Under the pieces are notes generated by a model. That model did not search any database. It saw only the letters and a program-made list of their open reading frames with translations, and was not told the DNA's origin. A DNA stretch of 64,000 bases, taken from the NCBI GenBank assembly GCA_036556695.1, contig DATBIY010000077.1, positions 2,661-66,660 of the forward strand, given 5' to 3'. This stretch comes from Candidatus Limnocylindria bacterium (GTDB lineage: Bacteria > Chloroflexota > Limnocylindria > QHBO01). Position numbers and translations under genes: made by a program. The first letter of the stretch is position 1. Each line of letters starts with the position of its first letter. Positions 1-9,476 of this stretch are shown here, one piece after another.

Positions 1-680
1 CCGAGGCGCTCTTCCTGGGCCTCGTGGTCGGCTCGTTCCTGGCCGCCCGGACGGACCGCTGGTGGCTGGCCGGGCTGGTGGGCGGGCTGGCGGCGCTGAC
101 GCGCATCAACGGGCTGGTGCTGCTGCTGGCGCTCCCCGTGGAGGCGCTCACGCAGTGGTACATGACGCCGCCGGAGGCACGCCGCTTCCGTCCGGAATGG
201 CTGGCCGTAGGGCTGGTGGCGGTTGGCTTCGGGGTCTACCTGGCGCTGAACTGGGCGCTGTACGGCACGCCGTTCCAGTTCCTGATCGTGCAGCACGACC
301 ACTGGTTCAAGTCGCTGGCCTCGCCGCTGGACGCCATCAACGGCGCCATCGGCTGGTTCAGCTCGCCGAACCCGGATGACCGCCTGATGTACGGCTTCAT
401 GGAGCTGCTGTTCGTGGGAATCGGCGCGGTGGGAACGGTGGTGGCGGCGTTCCGCTTCCGGCCATCCTGGTTCGCCTGGATGCTCGGCAACCTGGTCCTC
501 TTCGTGTCGACCTCGTTCCTGCTGTCGACGCCGCGCTACGCGCTGACCCTGTTCCCACTGTTTGTGACGCTGGCGCTGCCGACGCGCCGGGTGTGGGCCC
601 TGGCCGGCGTGTCGGCCATCTCGCTCGCCGGCTTCATCTACTTCGCGTCACGCTTCGCCACGGGCGCCTGGGCCTTCTGA
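1..680 (+). CDS. Partial (5'-truncated) polytopic membrane protein; possibly C-terminal part of a GT39/PMT-like or DUF2029-type membrane glycosyltransferase
   Basis: ORF 24..680 is open to the window edge. It is hydrophobic with multiple predicted TM helices and an RYALTLFPLF-type motif seen in polyprenyl-dependent membrane glycosyltransferases. No soluble-domain motif was recognised. Confidence 0.4.
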   Translation, partial: EALFLGLVVGSFLAARTDRWWLAGLVGGLAALTRINGLVLLLALPVEALTQWYMTPPEARRFRPEWLAVGLVAVGFGVYLALNWALYGTPFQFLIVQHDHWFKSLASPLDAINGAIGWFSSPNPDDRLMYGFMELLFVGIGAVGTVVAAFRFRPSWFAWMLGNLVLFVSTSFLLSTPRYALTLFPLFVTLALPTRRVWALAGVSAISLAGFIYFASRFATGAWAF

Positions 681-904
681 GCTCCGGCGCTGCCATGCCC
701 GATGGGGTGGCGCTGCCGAACTGTGGCGGGCATGGAAATGTCCCGAAGGAACCGCGGCGACCGTTGATGTGATCTCCAGTCGGCCAGCTGCCCCTTCGGG
801 ACGAGAGAAGCATGGCAGGGGTGGTGCGTCCTGGCAAGTGGCTTGTCCACGTCTTCGGTGGAGAATCCAGGACTTATCCACACCGTATCCACCGTGTGGA
901 GTTC

Positions 905-2602
905 TCAGCCGGCGCGGCGCGCCCGCTGCCGAAGGAAGCCCCGCGCGCGTTCCCGCCGCTCGGCCGAGGGCGCGGGCAGGTCGGCGCGCCGCTCCCCGAT
1001 GGCCATGGCCTGGAGCGCGGGCAAGCCGTCGACCGCGTCCCGCGTCGCCAGCGCCACGCTGCCGGCAAGATGGCCGTCCGGGCGGATCAGCCAGGCCCGC
1101 GAACCCGCCGCCCCGTAGATCCGCGTGAGGTCGCCGGCGGCATCGCGCAGGACGGTGACACCCTTGAGGGGCGTGCCGGGCCCGAGCGCCGCGATGCGCG
1201 TCGGGGCCGGCCAGCTCAGGCCGACGGCGCGAATGGCCATGGCGGCAGCGAGGTCGGGCACGGTGCGGCAGATCAGCAGCACCACGAACGCCTCGCCCAG
1301 CAGGTCGCGCAGTCGGGCGACCGGCGACCCGTCAAATGCACTGCAGCTGGCGTCGGGCGCCACGTCCCCATGCAGCGGAAGCCGTTCGTCGCCGTGCGCC
1401 GCGGCGATGACCGGCGAGGCGGCATAGCTGAACGGTTGCGACAGCTTCCCCGAATTCACGCGGCGGCGCAGGAAGCCGAAGCGCACGCTCCCCCGCAGGA
1501 TCGCGTTGCGCGCCAGCCGTCGGAGCGGGCCGTGCGGGACCATGAACCGCATGCTGGCGTCGGTGATGGCCAGGTTGTCTTGCGCCGCCGCGCGCCGCTC
1601 GACCGCGTAGGAATCGAGCAACGACTCGGGCGCGGCCCCGTCCAGCACGAAGGCCAGCTTCCAGGCCAGGTTCTCGGCGTCGGCCGCGCCCGAGTTCAGC
1701 CCTCGAGCACCGAACGGCGACATCAGGTGGGCCGCATCTCCGGCCAGCAGCACCCGGCCAACGCGGAAGCGCGGCGCGACGCGCTGGTGGAAGCGGTAGG
1801 CGGTGGCCCAGGCCAGCTCGTAGTCGGCCGTCTCCCCCACGACCTGCCGGATGCGCCGATCGAGCGCGCCCGAGGCGCGCTCCGCCTCGACATCGGTCCC
1901 GGACGGAACCTGCCAGTCGATGCGCCAGGTGTCGTCCGGCTGGGGATGGACCAGGACCTGGCGGCCGGGATTCCACGGGGGGTCGAAGTGGAAATGGCGC
2001 TCGTTCGGGAACGGCAGCCGGGCGCGGATGTCGCAGATCAGGAAGAGGTCCTCGTGGCTGTGTCCCGGAAATCCCATGCCGAGCAGGTGGCGTACCGCCG
2101 AGTGGGCGCCATCGGCCCCGACCGCATAGGCCACCCGCAGGGTCCGCGCACCGTCCGGCGTGTCACAGCTGAGCGTGACGGCGTCGTGGTCCTGGCGGAG
2201 GTCCGTGAGCCGATGGCTCCACCGCACCTCGACGTTCGGCAGCTCGCGAAGGCGGGTGAGCAGCATGTTTTCGACCTCGGTCTGGTTGATGTTCACGAAG
2301 CCGGGGAAGTGCTCGTCGCCGGCGCCTGGCAGCTGGATGCTGAACAGCTCGCGGCCGCGGAAGAAGGTGCGCCCGGTCTGCCACTGCACGCCGCGCTCGG
2401 CCACCTTCTGGCCGATGCCCAGGCGTGCCCAGATCTCGAGCGTCTCGCGCTGCATGCACAGCGCCTTGGAGCCCTCGCCGGTGTGGCGCGGGTGCTGCTC
2501 CAGCAGGAGCACGCTGACGCCCCGTTGCGCCAGCCGCCCGGCCAGCGTCATGCCGATCGGGCCGGCCCCCACCACCGCGACCTGGGCATCCAGCGCAGGC
2601 AT
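905..2602 (-). CDS. FAD-dependent aromatic-ring monooxygenase (PheA/TfdB family)
   Basis: N-terminal VAVVGAGPIGMTLAGRLAQRGVSVLLLE Rossmann FAD motif, GDAAHLMSPFGARGLNSGAADAENLAWKL FAD-binding signature, 565 aa with a thioredoxin-like C-terminal domain. Confidence 0.8.
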   Translation of the reverse strand: MPALDAQVAVVGAGPIGMTLAGRLAQRGVSVLLLEQHPRHTGEGSKALCMQRETLEIWARLGIGQKVAERGVQWQTGRTFFRGRELFSIQLPGAGDEHFPGFVNINQTEVENMLLTRLRELPNVEVRWSHRLTDLRQDHDAVTLSCDTPDGARTLRVAYAVGADGAHSAVRHLLGMGFPGHSHEDLFLICDIRARLPFPNERHFHFDPPWNPGRQVLVHPQPDDTWRIDWQVPSGTDVEAERASGALDRRIRQVVGETADYELAWATAYRFHQRVAPRFRVGRVLLAGDAAHLMSPFGARGLNSGAADAENLAWKLAFVLDGAAPESLLDSYAVERRAAAQDNLAITDASMRFMVPHGPLRRLARNAILRGSVRFGFLRRRVNSGKLSQPFSYAASPVIAAAHGDERLPLHGDVAPDASCSAFDGSPVARLRDLLGEAFVVLLICRTVPDLAAAMAIRAVGLSWPAPTRIAALGPGTPLKGVTVLRDAAGDLTRIYGAAGSRAWLIRPDGHLAGSVALATRDAVDGLPALQAMAIGERRADLPAPSAERRERARGFLRQRARRAG

Positions 2603-2618
2603 GGAGCCGATGATAGGT

Positions 2619-3572
2619 CTAGGCCGTCAGGTCGTCCCAGACGGCGCGGTCGCGCTCCACGGTCCAGATCCGCGGATGGTCGATGCCATCCAGCTCGTCC
2701 CAGGCGCGCTGAACGTTGAACGGCATGGTGTGCTCGAAGATCGGGAAGCTGCCGTAGCGCGGCGCCAGGGCAGCGTGGGTGGTGCGGTAGGCGTCGCGTG
2801 GCGTGCCGCCGGCCTCCTTCACCTGGCGCGTGCCGTCCAGCACCGCCGACAGGAAGGCGCGGGTGTCGCTGATCGCCTGGTGCACGGCTGCTCCCCGGAC
2901 GACCGGGCCGCGGCCGCCGACCAACTGCTCGGCGCCGAGCGCCGCCACGTTGTCCAGCGTGCTGCTGCGCCAGTCGCCGATGTGCGCGTCGCCCATGTAC
3001 GGCGCGGCCTGGGCCTCCACCAGGTCACCGGCGAAGCAGATGCGCTCCTCCGCCAGCCAGACCACCAGGTCGCCGGATGTGTGGCCGCGCCCCAGGTAGC
3101 GCAGCTCGACGCGGCGGTTGCCCAGGTCGATCTCCATGCTGTCGTCGAAGGTGTGCGTGGGCCGGGTCAGGCCGGGGATCGTCTCGGCGCCGGTGAAGAG
3201 GCGCGGCATGCGGCCGTGCTCGCTGGCCCAGTCCTGCTCGCCGCGCTCCTCGATCAGCTCAGCGGTGGCTTGCGTGGTGATGATTCGTCTTGCCGTGAAC
3301 GCGCTGGCCCCCAGCACCCGCACCGCGTGGTAGTGGGTCAGCACCAGGTCGCCGAACGGCAGCTCGCTGATGGTGCGCACCACGTCGATCCAGCGCTGCG
3401 CCATGAGGGGCGTGGCGCGGGCCTCGATCGCCAGGATGGTATCCGTCCCGATGACGCAGCCGACGTTCGGATCGCCCTGCGCGGTGTAGGCGTAGACGCC
3501 GGTGGCCAGCTCCTCGATGGTGGCCTGCTTCTCCTCGAGGTCGGTGGACGAGGCGAAGGGCTTGCGGGTCAC
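2619..3572 (-). CDS. MBL-fold metallo-hydrolase
   Basis: THYHAVRVLGAS (HxHxD-like) and downstream His/Asp ligand pattern (GHTSGD, GD) typical of the metallo-beta-lactamase fold; 317 aa. Confidence 0.7.
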   Translation of the reverse strand: MTRKPFASSTDLEEKQATIEELATGVYAYTAQGDPNVGCVIGTDTILAIEARATPLMAQRWIDVVRTISELPFGDLVLTHYHAVRVLGASAFTARRIITTQATAELIEERGEQDWASEHGRMPRLFTGAETIPGLTRPTHTFDDSMEIDLGNRRVELRYLGRGHTSGDLVVWLAEERICFAGDLVEAQAAPYMGDAHIGDWRSSTLDNVAALGAEQLVGGRGPVVRGAAVHQAISDTRAFLSAVLDGTRQVKEAGGTPRDAYRTTHAALAPRYGSFPIFEHTMPFNVQRAWDELDGIDHPRIWTVERDRAVWDDLTA

Positions 3573-3591
3573 CCGCCGATGATAGGCGCGC

Positions 3592-5337
3592 TCACCACCG
3601 CGCGCCGATGGGTGTGTCGCTGGGTCCGGCGGTGTACTGGTACGACGCGGGGCGGATGCGCAGGAAGTCAGCGGTCCCCGGCGTCATGGACCGGTAGCCT
3701 GCGCCGCGGGTGTTGACGTGACTCTTGCCCGGCCGGCCGCTGATGTGGCCGTCAGCATTGGCGCTGATGCCCACGTAGAACAGCGATGCGCGGTGGCCGG
3801 GCAGCAGGCGCACGCCGAAGTCGCCGTTGTTGGTGACCAGCGTGCGCTCGATGCTCGCGCCGGCGCGTCGCGTCGAGCAGCCGCAGCCGACTTTGATGCC
3901 GTCCGTGTGGTTGTCGAAGACGGTCTCCAGCACGAAGCGCTTGTTGGTCGATCCCTCGGCCACGAAGATGCCGACCCCGTTGTCCCAGTACAGGTTCTTC
4001 GTGGACAGCGCAGAGCCGCTGCCGGCCGACGACGAGAAGCTACCGTCGTGGAAGTCGATGCCGAAGCGGGTGTTGCCCCACACCAGGTTGCCGATGATGC
4101 GGGTGTTGCGGATCGCCAGCCCGTGGGAGTTGCGCTGGGTCACATGGATGCCGATGCCGTTGCGCGAGATGCGGTTGTCGCGCAGCGTGGTGCTGCCCGC
4201 TCCATCGGCGATCGTCACGCCGCTGGCGTTCTCGTACTTGTGGTCGGGTCGCACGAAACGGTTGGCCCAGATCTCGTTGTCGCACACCAGCGTGCCGCTC
4301 GTCTTGCGCGGGTCCGAGGCGCCATCGGTCGCGCCCTGGACCTTGATGCCCTGCATCCCGTTGGCCGAGATGAGGTTGTCGCAGACGACGGTGTCCTGCG
4401 AGCCGGCGTCGACCTTGATGGCCTGCATGGTGTTGTACTTGCCGACGTTCCGCAGGAAGCTGTTGCCGGTGGCCGGGTCGAAGCCGCTGCTGGTGGCGCG
4501 GCCACTGCTGTGCAATCCGAGGTGGCTGTTGGCGAACACCTCGTTGTCCACCGCCGCCGAATGGTCGGTGCCGCCAACGAAGGCGACCGCCATGGCGAAG
4601 TGGCGCAGCCGGAAGCCACGCACCTCGATCCAAGATCCGCCGTGCCGGCCGTCGATCAGGAAGCCGTTCTCGGTCGGGACGTCCACCTGCACGTCGCGCA
4701 GGTCCGCGCCCTTGGCTGCGGCCACGTAGAGCCGTCGCGCGCCGCCGTCGTACCAATAGCCGCCGCCGCCAGGGTGCGCCTTCAGATGTGCCAGGCTGGG
4801 CCTCTGCCACAGCGACGTCGTCACGTTCTGGAACACGGCCGCCGTCCACGCTCCGTTGCGCGTGTCGAAGCCGGCCGGCGCGGAGCTCCACGGCGTCGAG
4901 TACACGCCCGGAGTCGAGGTGGCGGTCCAGTGGTTGCCGGCGCTCGGCGCGACCCTGCCGCCGGAGACAATGGGCTTCACGTAGTCGCTGGTTCCCGCCT
5001 CCCAGCCTTCAGCCTGGAAGACCAGTGGCGCCCCGCTGGCGCCGCCGCGGTCGAAGCCGCCGGGGATCGGCCGCTCGCGGTAGACATAGTCGTCGTAACC
5101 GCGGATGACCACCGTCCAGCCCGCCGCCTTGCCGGCGCCGCGCGGCACCTTGCGCGCAGCCACGTTGATCGACCGGACGGCCTCGCCCCATGAGGTGCCG
5201 TCGTTGGCGTCACTGCCGTTCTTGCCGTCGACGTACAGGGTGTGCGACACCGCGGCGCTGGCCGGAGCCGCCGCGCCAAGACCGGTGCCGAGGATCGCCA
5301 GGCCGATGGCGAGGCTGAGAAGGGCTCGGAATCTCAT
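3592..5337 (-). CDS. Secreted right-handed parallel beta-helix repeat protein (pectate-lyase/NosD-like fold)
   Basis: N-terminal signal peptide (MRFRALLSLAIGLAILGTGLGAAAPASA). Repeated NxxIxxN / GIxV motifs (DNLISANGMQGIKV, DNEIWAN, DNRISRNGIGIHV, GNLVWGNTRFGIDF) are characteristic of PbH1 repeats. Confidence 0.65.
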   Translation of the reverse strand: MRFRALLSLAIGLAILGTGLGAAAPASAAVSHTLYVDGKNGSDANDGTSWGEAVRSINVAARKVPRGAGKAAGWTVVIRGYDDYVYRERPIPGGFDRGGASGAPLVFQAEGWEAGTSDYVKPIVSGGRVAPSAGNHWTATSTPGVYSTPWSSAPAGFDTRNGAWTAAVFQNVTTSLWQRPSLAHLKAHPGGGGYWYDGGARRLYVAAAKGADLRDVQVDVPTENGFLIDGRHGGSWIEVRGFRLRHFAMAVAFVGGTDHSAAVDNEVFANSHLGLHSSGRATSSGFDPATGNSFLRNVGKYNTMQAIKVDAGSQDTVVCDNLISANGMQGIKVQGATDGASDPRKTSGTLVCDNEIWANRFVRPDHKYENASGVTIADGAGSTTLRDNRISRNGIGIHVTQRNSHGLAIRNTRIIGNLVWGNTRFGIDFHDGSFSSSAGSGSALSTKNLYWDNGVGIFVAEGSTNKRFVLETVFDNHTDGIKVGCGCSTRRAGASIERTLVTNNGDFGVRLLPGHRASLFYVGISANADGHISGRPGKSHVNTRGAGYRSMTPGTADFLRIRPASYQYTAGPSDTPIGARW

Positions 5338-5409
5338 GGTTTCGCGGCCGAGTCTCCCACGCTCGGGACTGCGGGTCAGTGGTACGTTCGGCGGCGGCCG
5401 GCGGCCGGA

Positions 5410-7011
5410 TCAGGCCAGTGGCGGCAGCTCCACCACGCGCGCCTCGCGGATGCCCGGAGCTGCACGCAACGCGTCCAGCACGTGCTCCGGCACGGCCGAA
5501 TCCACGCTGACGACCATCATCGCCTCACCCGCCGCGGACAGCCGCGACAGCTCCAGCGAGGATATGTTGACCCCGGCGGCCGCGAGGGCGGTGCCCACTG
5601 CGCCCACCACGCCGGGCTGATCCCGGTGGCGGGTGATGAGCATCAGGCCGGCAAGCTCGGCATCCAGCTCGAACCCATCCAGCGAGGCCAGGTGCGGGCG
5701 GCCGTGCGCAGTCGACCCGGCCAGGCGCAGGGCGCCGTTCCCCTCGCCCAGCTCGAGGGTCACCAGGGACGACCAGGGCTCGGCGGCGTCGGTGCGCGTC
5801 TCGCGGACGGTGAGGCCGCGCTCGCGCGCCACCAGGTCGGCGTTCACCGCGTTGACACGCTGATCAGTGACGGCCTCCAAGATGCCGGCCAGGGCGGCGG
5901 TCCGCACCGGGGAGCAATCCCACGCGGCGATCTCGCCGGCGTACGTCAGCGACAGGCAATCGAACGGTTCCGGCAGCAGTTGGCGGCCGAGGATCGCCAG
6001 CCGGCGGCCGAGCTCCACGTAGGGCCGCAGGCGCGGGACCACGTCCGGGGCCACGGACGGAGCGTTCACAGCATAGGTGGGGGTCACCCCGGCGAGCGCC
6101 TCGAGCAGCTGCTCCGCCATCTCGACCGCCACCCGGTCCTGGGCCTCCGCGGTCGACGCCCCGAGGTGCGGCGTCAGGACCGTGTTCGGGGCGAAGCGCA
6201 ACGGGTTGTCGGGAGCCATCGGCTCAGCCGAGAAGACGTCCACCGCGGCACCCGCCAGCCGACCTTCGGACAGGGCCGATGCAACGGCGCGCTCGTCCAC
6301 GATCCCGCCGCGCGCCACGTTGAGCAGCACCGCGCCCGGCTTCATGGCCTCGATCTGCGCGCGGCCGATGAGGCCGCGCGTCTGCGCCGTCAGCGGGGTG
6401 TGGACGGTGATGACGTCGGCCCGCAGCAGCAGCTCGGGAAGGCCGGCCAGCTTCGCACCGTGCTCGGCCGCCTGCTCATCGGTCAGGTACGGGTCGTGGG
6501 CAATCACCCGCATCTCGAAGCCGGCCGCGCGGCGGGCGACAGCCTTGCCGATCTTTCCCAGACCGATGATGCCCAGCGTCCTGTGCCGCAGCTCGGCACC
6601 GGTGAAGCGGCCGCGCTCCCATTCGCCGCTGCGGACTGAGGCATCCGCCGACGGGATGCGGCGCAGGAGGGCCAGCATCAGGGCCATGGTGTGCTCCGCG
6701 GCGGCAATGGTGTTGCCGGTGGGGGCGTTGACCACCATCACGCCAGCCCGGGTCGCGGCCTCCAGGTCGATGCGATCGGTGCCCACCGAAGCGACGCCCA
6801 CCACCGACAGTCGCGGAGCGGCAGCGGCCAGCAGCTCGGCGTCGACGCGCGTCTGCGAGCGGACGACCAGCGCGTCCCAGCCCTCCCCCTCGGAGAGCAG
6901 CACCAGCAGTGCCGCGCGATCCAGCCCCGTGCGGACCACGGTGGCATGCGCTGCCGCCAGCACCTCCACGCCGGCGACGGCCACCGGTTCCGCGACCAGG
7001 ATGCGTGCCAT
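5410..7011 (-). CDS. serA: D-3-phosphoglycerate dehydrogenase with C-terminal ACT domain
   Basis: 2-hydroxyacid dehydrogenase catalytic and NAD motifs (GIIGLGKIGKAVARRA, NVARGGIVDE, TPHLGASTAEAQ), ASB and ACT domains, 534 aa. Start moved from the ORF-track ATG (7263) to the internal ATG at 7011 (MARILVAEP), the typical SerA N-terminus. Confidence 0.85.
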   Translation of the reverse strand: MARILVAEPVAVAGVEVLAAAHATVVRTGLDRAALLVLLSEGEGWDALVVRSQTRVDAELLAAAAPRLSVVGVASVGTDRIDLEAATRAGVMVVNAPTGNTIAAAEHTMALMLALLRRIPSADASVRSGEWERGRFTGAELRHRTLGIIGLGKIGKAVARRAAGFEMRVIAHDPYLTDEQAAEHGAKLAGLPELLLRADVITVHTPLTAQTRGLIGRAQIEAMKPGAVLLNVARGGIVDERAVASALSEGRLAGAAVDVFSAEPMAPDNPLRFAPNTVLTPHLGASTAEAQDRVAVEMAEQLLEALAGVTPTYAVNAPSVAPDVVPRLRPYVELGRRLAILGRQLLPEPFDCLSLTYAGEIAAWDCSPVRTAALAGILEAVTDQRVNAVNADLVARERGLTVRETRTDAAEPWSSLVTLELGEGNGALRLAGSTAHGRPHLASLDGFELDAELAGLMLITRHRDQPGVVGAVGTALAAAGVNISSLELSRLSAAGEAMMVVSVDSAVPEHVLDALRAAPGIREARVVELPPLA

Positions 7012-7051
7012 GTAACCGAGTCTAGTCGGGCGGGGGTCTACTCTATGCGCC

Positions 7052-7945
7052 ATGGGAATGACAGCTGTCCACCGGCTCCTGCGGGTTGCCCTGGGAACGG
7101 TGCTGGTAACCTCCGGCTTGGTGCATCCGCCCCGGGCGGCCGCAGTGGGCAGCGTGGTGCTGGTGGGTGCCGCCGACATCGCGAGCTGCGGCAGCACCAG
7201 CGACCAGAAGACGGCCAGCCTGCTGGACGGCATCCGCGGAACAGTCTTCACGGCCGGCGACAACGCCTATCCCAACGGCACGGCGCGAGAGTTCAGGGCG
7301 TGCTATGCGCCCACCTGGGGCCGCCACCGAGGCCGTACGCGGCCGGCTCCCGGCAATCACGACTACCACGTTCGCGGAGCTGCCGGCTACTTCGGGTACT
7401 TCGGCGTCCGAGCCGGACCGCCCGGGCGAGGCTGGTATGCCTACAGCCGCGGCGCCTGGCGGATCTACTCGCTCAACTCGAACTGCGACGAGATCGGCGG
7501 CTGCGGGATCGGCTCCCGACAGCAGCGCTGGCTGGCGGCGGACCTGGCGGCGCACCCGCGCAAGTGCGTGCTGGCCTACTGGCACCACCCTCGCTTCAGC
7601 TCGGGAATGCACGGCAACCAGACGGAGGTCCAGGGCCTGTGGCAGACCCTCTTCAGGGCCGGGGCCGAAATCGTGGTCAACGGGCACGACCACGACTACG
7701 AGCGCTTCGCGCCCCAGGACGCGATGGGCCGGCGCGATGTCGCCCGCGGGATTCGCGAGTTCGTGGTGGGCACTGGCGGGGCGGGCCTGCGCGGTTTCTC
7801 GAACGTCAAGCCCAACAGCGAGGTGCGCCAGGCTCGCTCGGCGGGCGTGCTGAAGCTGGTGCTGGGCGCCGGGTTCTACCGCTGGCACTTCATCAGTGCG
7901 GCCACCTCCAGGTCGACCGACTCGGGAAGGGGAACGTGCCACTGA
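7052..7945 (+). CDS. Secreted calcineurin-like metallophosphoesterase
   Basis: Signal peptide, then GDNAY..., GNHDY and GHDHDYER metal-ligand motifs of the MPP superfamily. Confidence 0.7.
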   Translation: MGMTAVHRLLRVALGTVLVTSGLVHPPRAAAVGSVVLVGAADIASCGSTSDQKTASLLDGIRGTVFTAGDNAYPNGTAREFRACYAPTWGRHRGRTRPAPGNHDYHVRGAAGYFGYFGVRAGPPGRGWYAYSRGAWRIYSLNSNCDEIGGCGIGSRQQRWLAADLAAHPRKCVLAYWHHPRFSSGMHGNQTEVQGLWQTLFRAGAEIVVNGHDHDYERFAPQDAMGRRDVARGIREFVVGTGGAGLRGFSNVKPNSEVRQARSAGVLKLVLGAGFYRWHFISAATSRSTDSGRGTCH

Positions 7946-8042
7946 CCCCGCGTACCGAGCCGATGTGCGCATCCGTGCGCTGCCGGGGTGGGTGCGTGTA
8001 GAGTCTTGCCGGCATGCCAGTTGCAGAGATCGTCGCCGGACC

Positions 8043-9449
8043 ATGATCCGACGCCACCTGATGGCCCTGCGCATCGGCCTGATGGCCGCCGACGCAGCGG
8101 TCGCTGCCGCCGTGTTCCTGGTGGTGGCCGATCTCCGGTATGCGGACGGCACCTCGTCCGCACTGTGGCGTGCCCTGGACGTCGACCCGCCGGTGGCCGC
8201 CGTGCTGTTCGCCGGGACGTGGGTCATCGTGCTGTGGACGACCGGCCTCTACCGGCTGGCCCCGCGCTGGAACGCGTGGACCGAGGTGCGCGACACGATT
8301 CGCGCCACCCTGATCGTCATTGCGCTCGTGCTGTCGGCCCTGTTCCTCACCAAGCAGACGCAGGTGAGCCGGCTGTTCCTGCTGCTGCTGTTCATCGCGG
8401 AGCCGACGGTCACGCTGGCCGGTCGGCTCGCGGTTCGCGCCACCTTCGACGCACTCCGCCGGCGCGGGCAAAACGTGCGCTACATGGTCATCGCCGGCAC
8501 CGGACAGCTGGCCCAGGACTTTGCCGACGAGCTGGAGCGGCACCCGGGGCTGGGCATCCGGGTCATCGGCCACCTGTCGGCGCCGGCCGAGCCCGAGCCG
8601 GTGGTGACGCGCCCCATCCTGGGCAGCATCGACTCCATCGACGAGATCCTGCACACCCAGGTGGTCGACGAGCTGGGCGTCTGCCTGCCGCAGGTCGCCT
8701 ACCGCTACCTGGAGCCGATCACCGGCATCGCCGCCGGCGAGGGCAAGACGGTCCGGGTGGCGGTCGATCCCAGCGAGGATCTGCCCGGGGCCACCGAGGA
8801 AACTTTCGACCGCTTCCTGGTGCGCTCGATCGTCAACGACGGCCACCGCGAGGTCGGCCTGGTGTTCAAGCGGCTCATCGACATCGCCGGCGCGAGCATC
8901 GGCCTGATCGTGCTCAGCCCGCTGTTCATGCTTGTCGCGCTGGCCATGAAGCTGTTCGACGGTGGGCCGGTGTTCTACAGCCAGACCCGCATCGGCCTGC
9001 ACGGGCGGCCGTTCCGGATGTTCAAGTTCCGCTCGATGGTGCCCGACGCCGATCAGCGCCTGCGCGAGGTCAGGCACCTCAACGAGCGCAGCCACATCGC
9101 CTTCAAGGCCACGAATGACCCGCGGATCACCCGCCTTGGCGCCTGGCTGCGGCGCACCTCGATCGACGAGCTGCCGCAGCTGTGGAACGTGCTGACCGGC
9201 TCGATGAGCCTCGTCGGGCCGCGTCCCCCGCTGCCCAACGAGGTCAAGCAATACGACATCTGGCACCGCCGCCGGCTCTCCATGAAGCCGGGCATGACCG
9301 GGCTGTGGCAGGTCGAGGCGCGCCACGAACCGGACTTCGACACCTGGGTCGAGCACGACCTGGTGTACATCGACGACTGGTCGATCTGGCTTGACCTCAA
9401 GATCCTGGCGCGCACCCTGCCGGCCATGCTGGCCCACGGCGGCCGCTGA
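8043..9449 (+). CDS. Undecaprenyl-phosphate hexose-1-phosphate transferase (WbaP/PssY/CpsE-type polyprenyl glycosylphosphotransferase), initiating enzyme
   Basis: N-terminal TM segments followed by the bacterial sugar transferase domain (KRLIDIAGASIGLIVLSPLF...FYSQTRIGLHGRPFRMFKFRSM...DELPQLWNVLTGSMSLVGPRP). Start set to ATG 8043 (MIRRHL) to avoid overlap with the upstream gene. Confidence 0.8.
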   Translation: MIRRHLMALRIGLMAADAAVAAAVFLVVADLRYADGTSSALWRALDVDPPVAAVLFAGTWVIVLWTTGLYRLAPRWNAWTEVRDTIRATLIVIALVLSALFLTKQTQVSRLFLLLLFIAEPTVTLAGRLAVRATFDALRRRGQNVRYMVIAGTGQLAQDFADELERHPGLGIRVIGHLSAPAEPEPVVTRPILGSIDSIDEILHTQVVDELGVCLPQVAYRYLEPITGIAAGEGKTVRVAVDPSEDLPGATEETFDRFLVRSIVNDGHREVGLVFKRLIDIAGASIGLIVLSPLFMLVALAMKLFDGGPVFYSQTRIGLHGRPFRMFKFRSMVPDADQRLREVRHLNERSHIAFKATNDPRITRLGAWLRRTSIDELPQLWNVLTGSMSLVGPRPPLPNEVKQYDIWHRRRLSMKPGMTGLWQVEARHEPDFDTWVEHDLVYIDDWSIWLDLKILARTLPAMLAHGGR

Positions 9450-9476
9450 CCTTCCGCCGGCTCGCCGCGGCGCGGC

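Noticed and set aside
812-2719. 635-aa plus-strand ORF (and the nested 769..1128, 843..1118, 1125..1427 ORFs)
   Set aside because: Antisense to the well-supported FAD monooxygenase gene. Extremely Arg/Ala/Gly/Pro-rich with no motifs; a typical high-GC antisense open frame.
2619-3572. MBL-fold protein as an SdsA1-type alkylsulfatase linked to the sulfation theme
   Set aside because: At 317 aa it lacks the SCP2-like and dimerisation domains of MBL alkylsulfatases. More likely a generic MBL hydrolase unrelated to the glycan locus.
3718-5193. 491-aa and 300-aa plus-strand ORFs overlapping the beta-helix gene
   Set aside because: Opposite strand of a gene with signal peptide and PbH1 repeats. 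Low-complexity Ala/Arg/Val composition and no start context.
5242-7015. 465-aa and 312-aa plus-strand ORFs across serA
   Set aside because: Antisense to serA, which has unambiguous domain motifs; compositionally biased.
7043-9437. 394-aa and 514-aa minus-strand ORFs across the metallophosphoesterase and sugar-transferase genes
   Set aside because: Antisense to two genes with clear family motifs; no recognisable domains.
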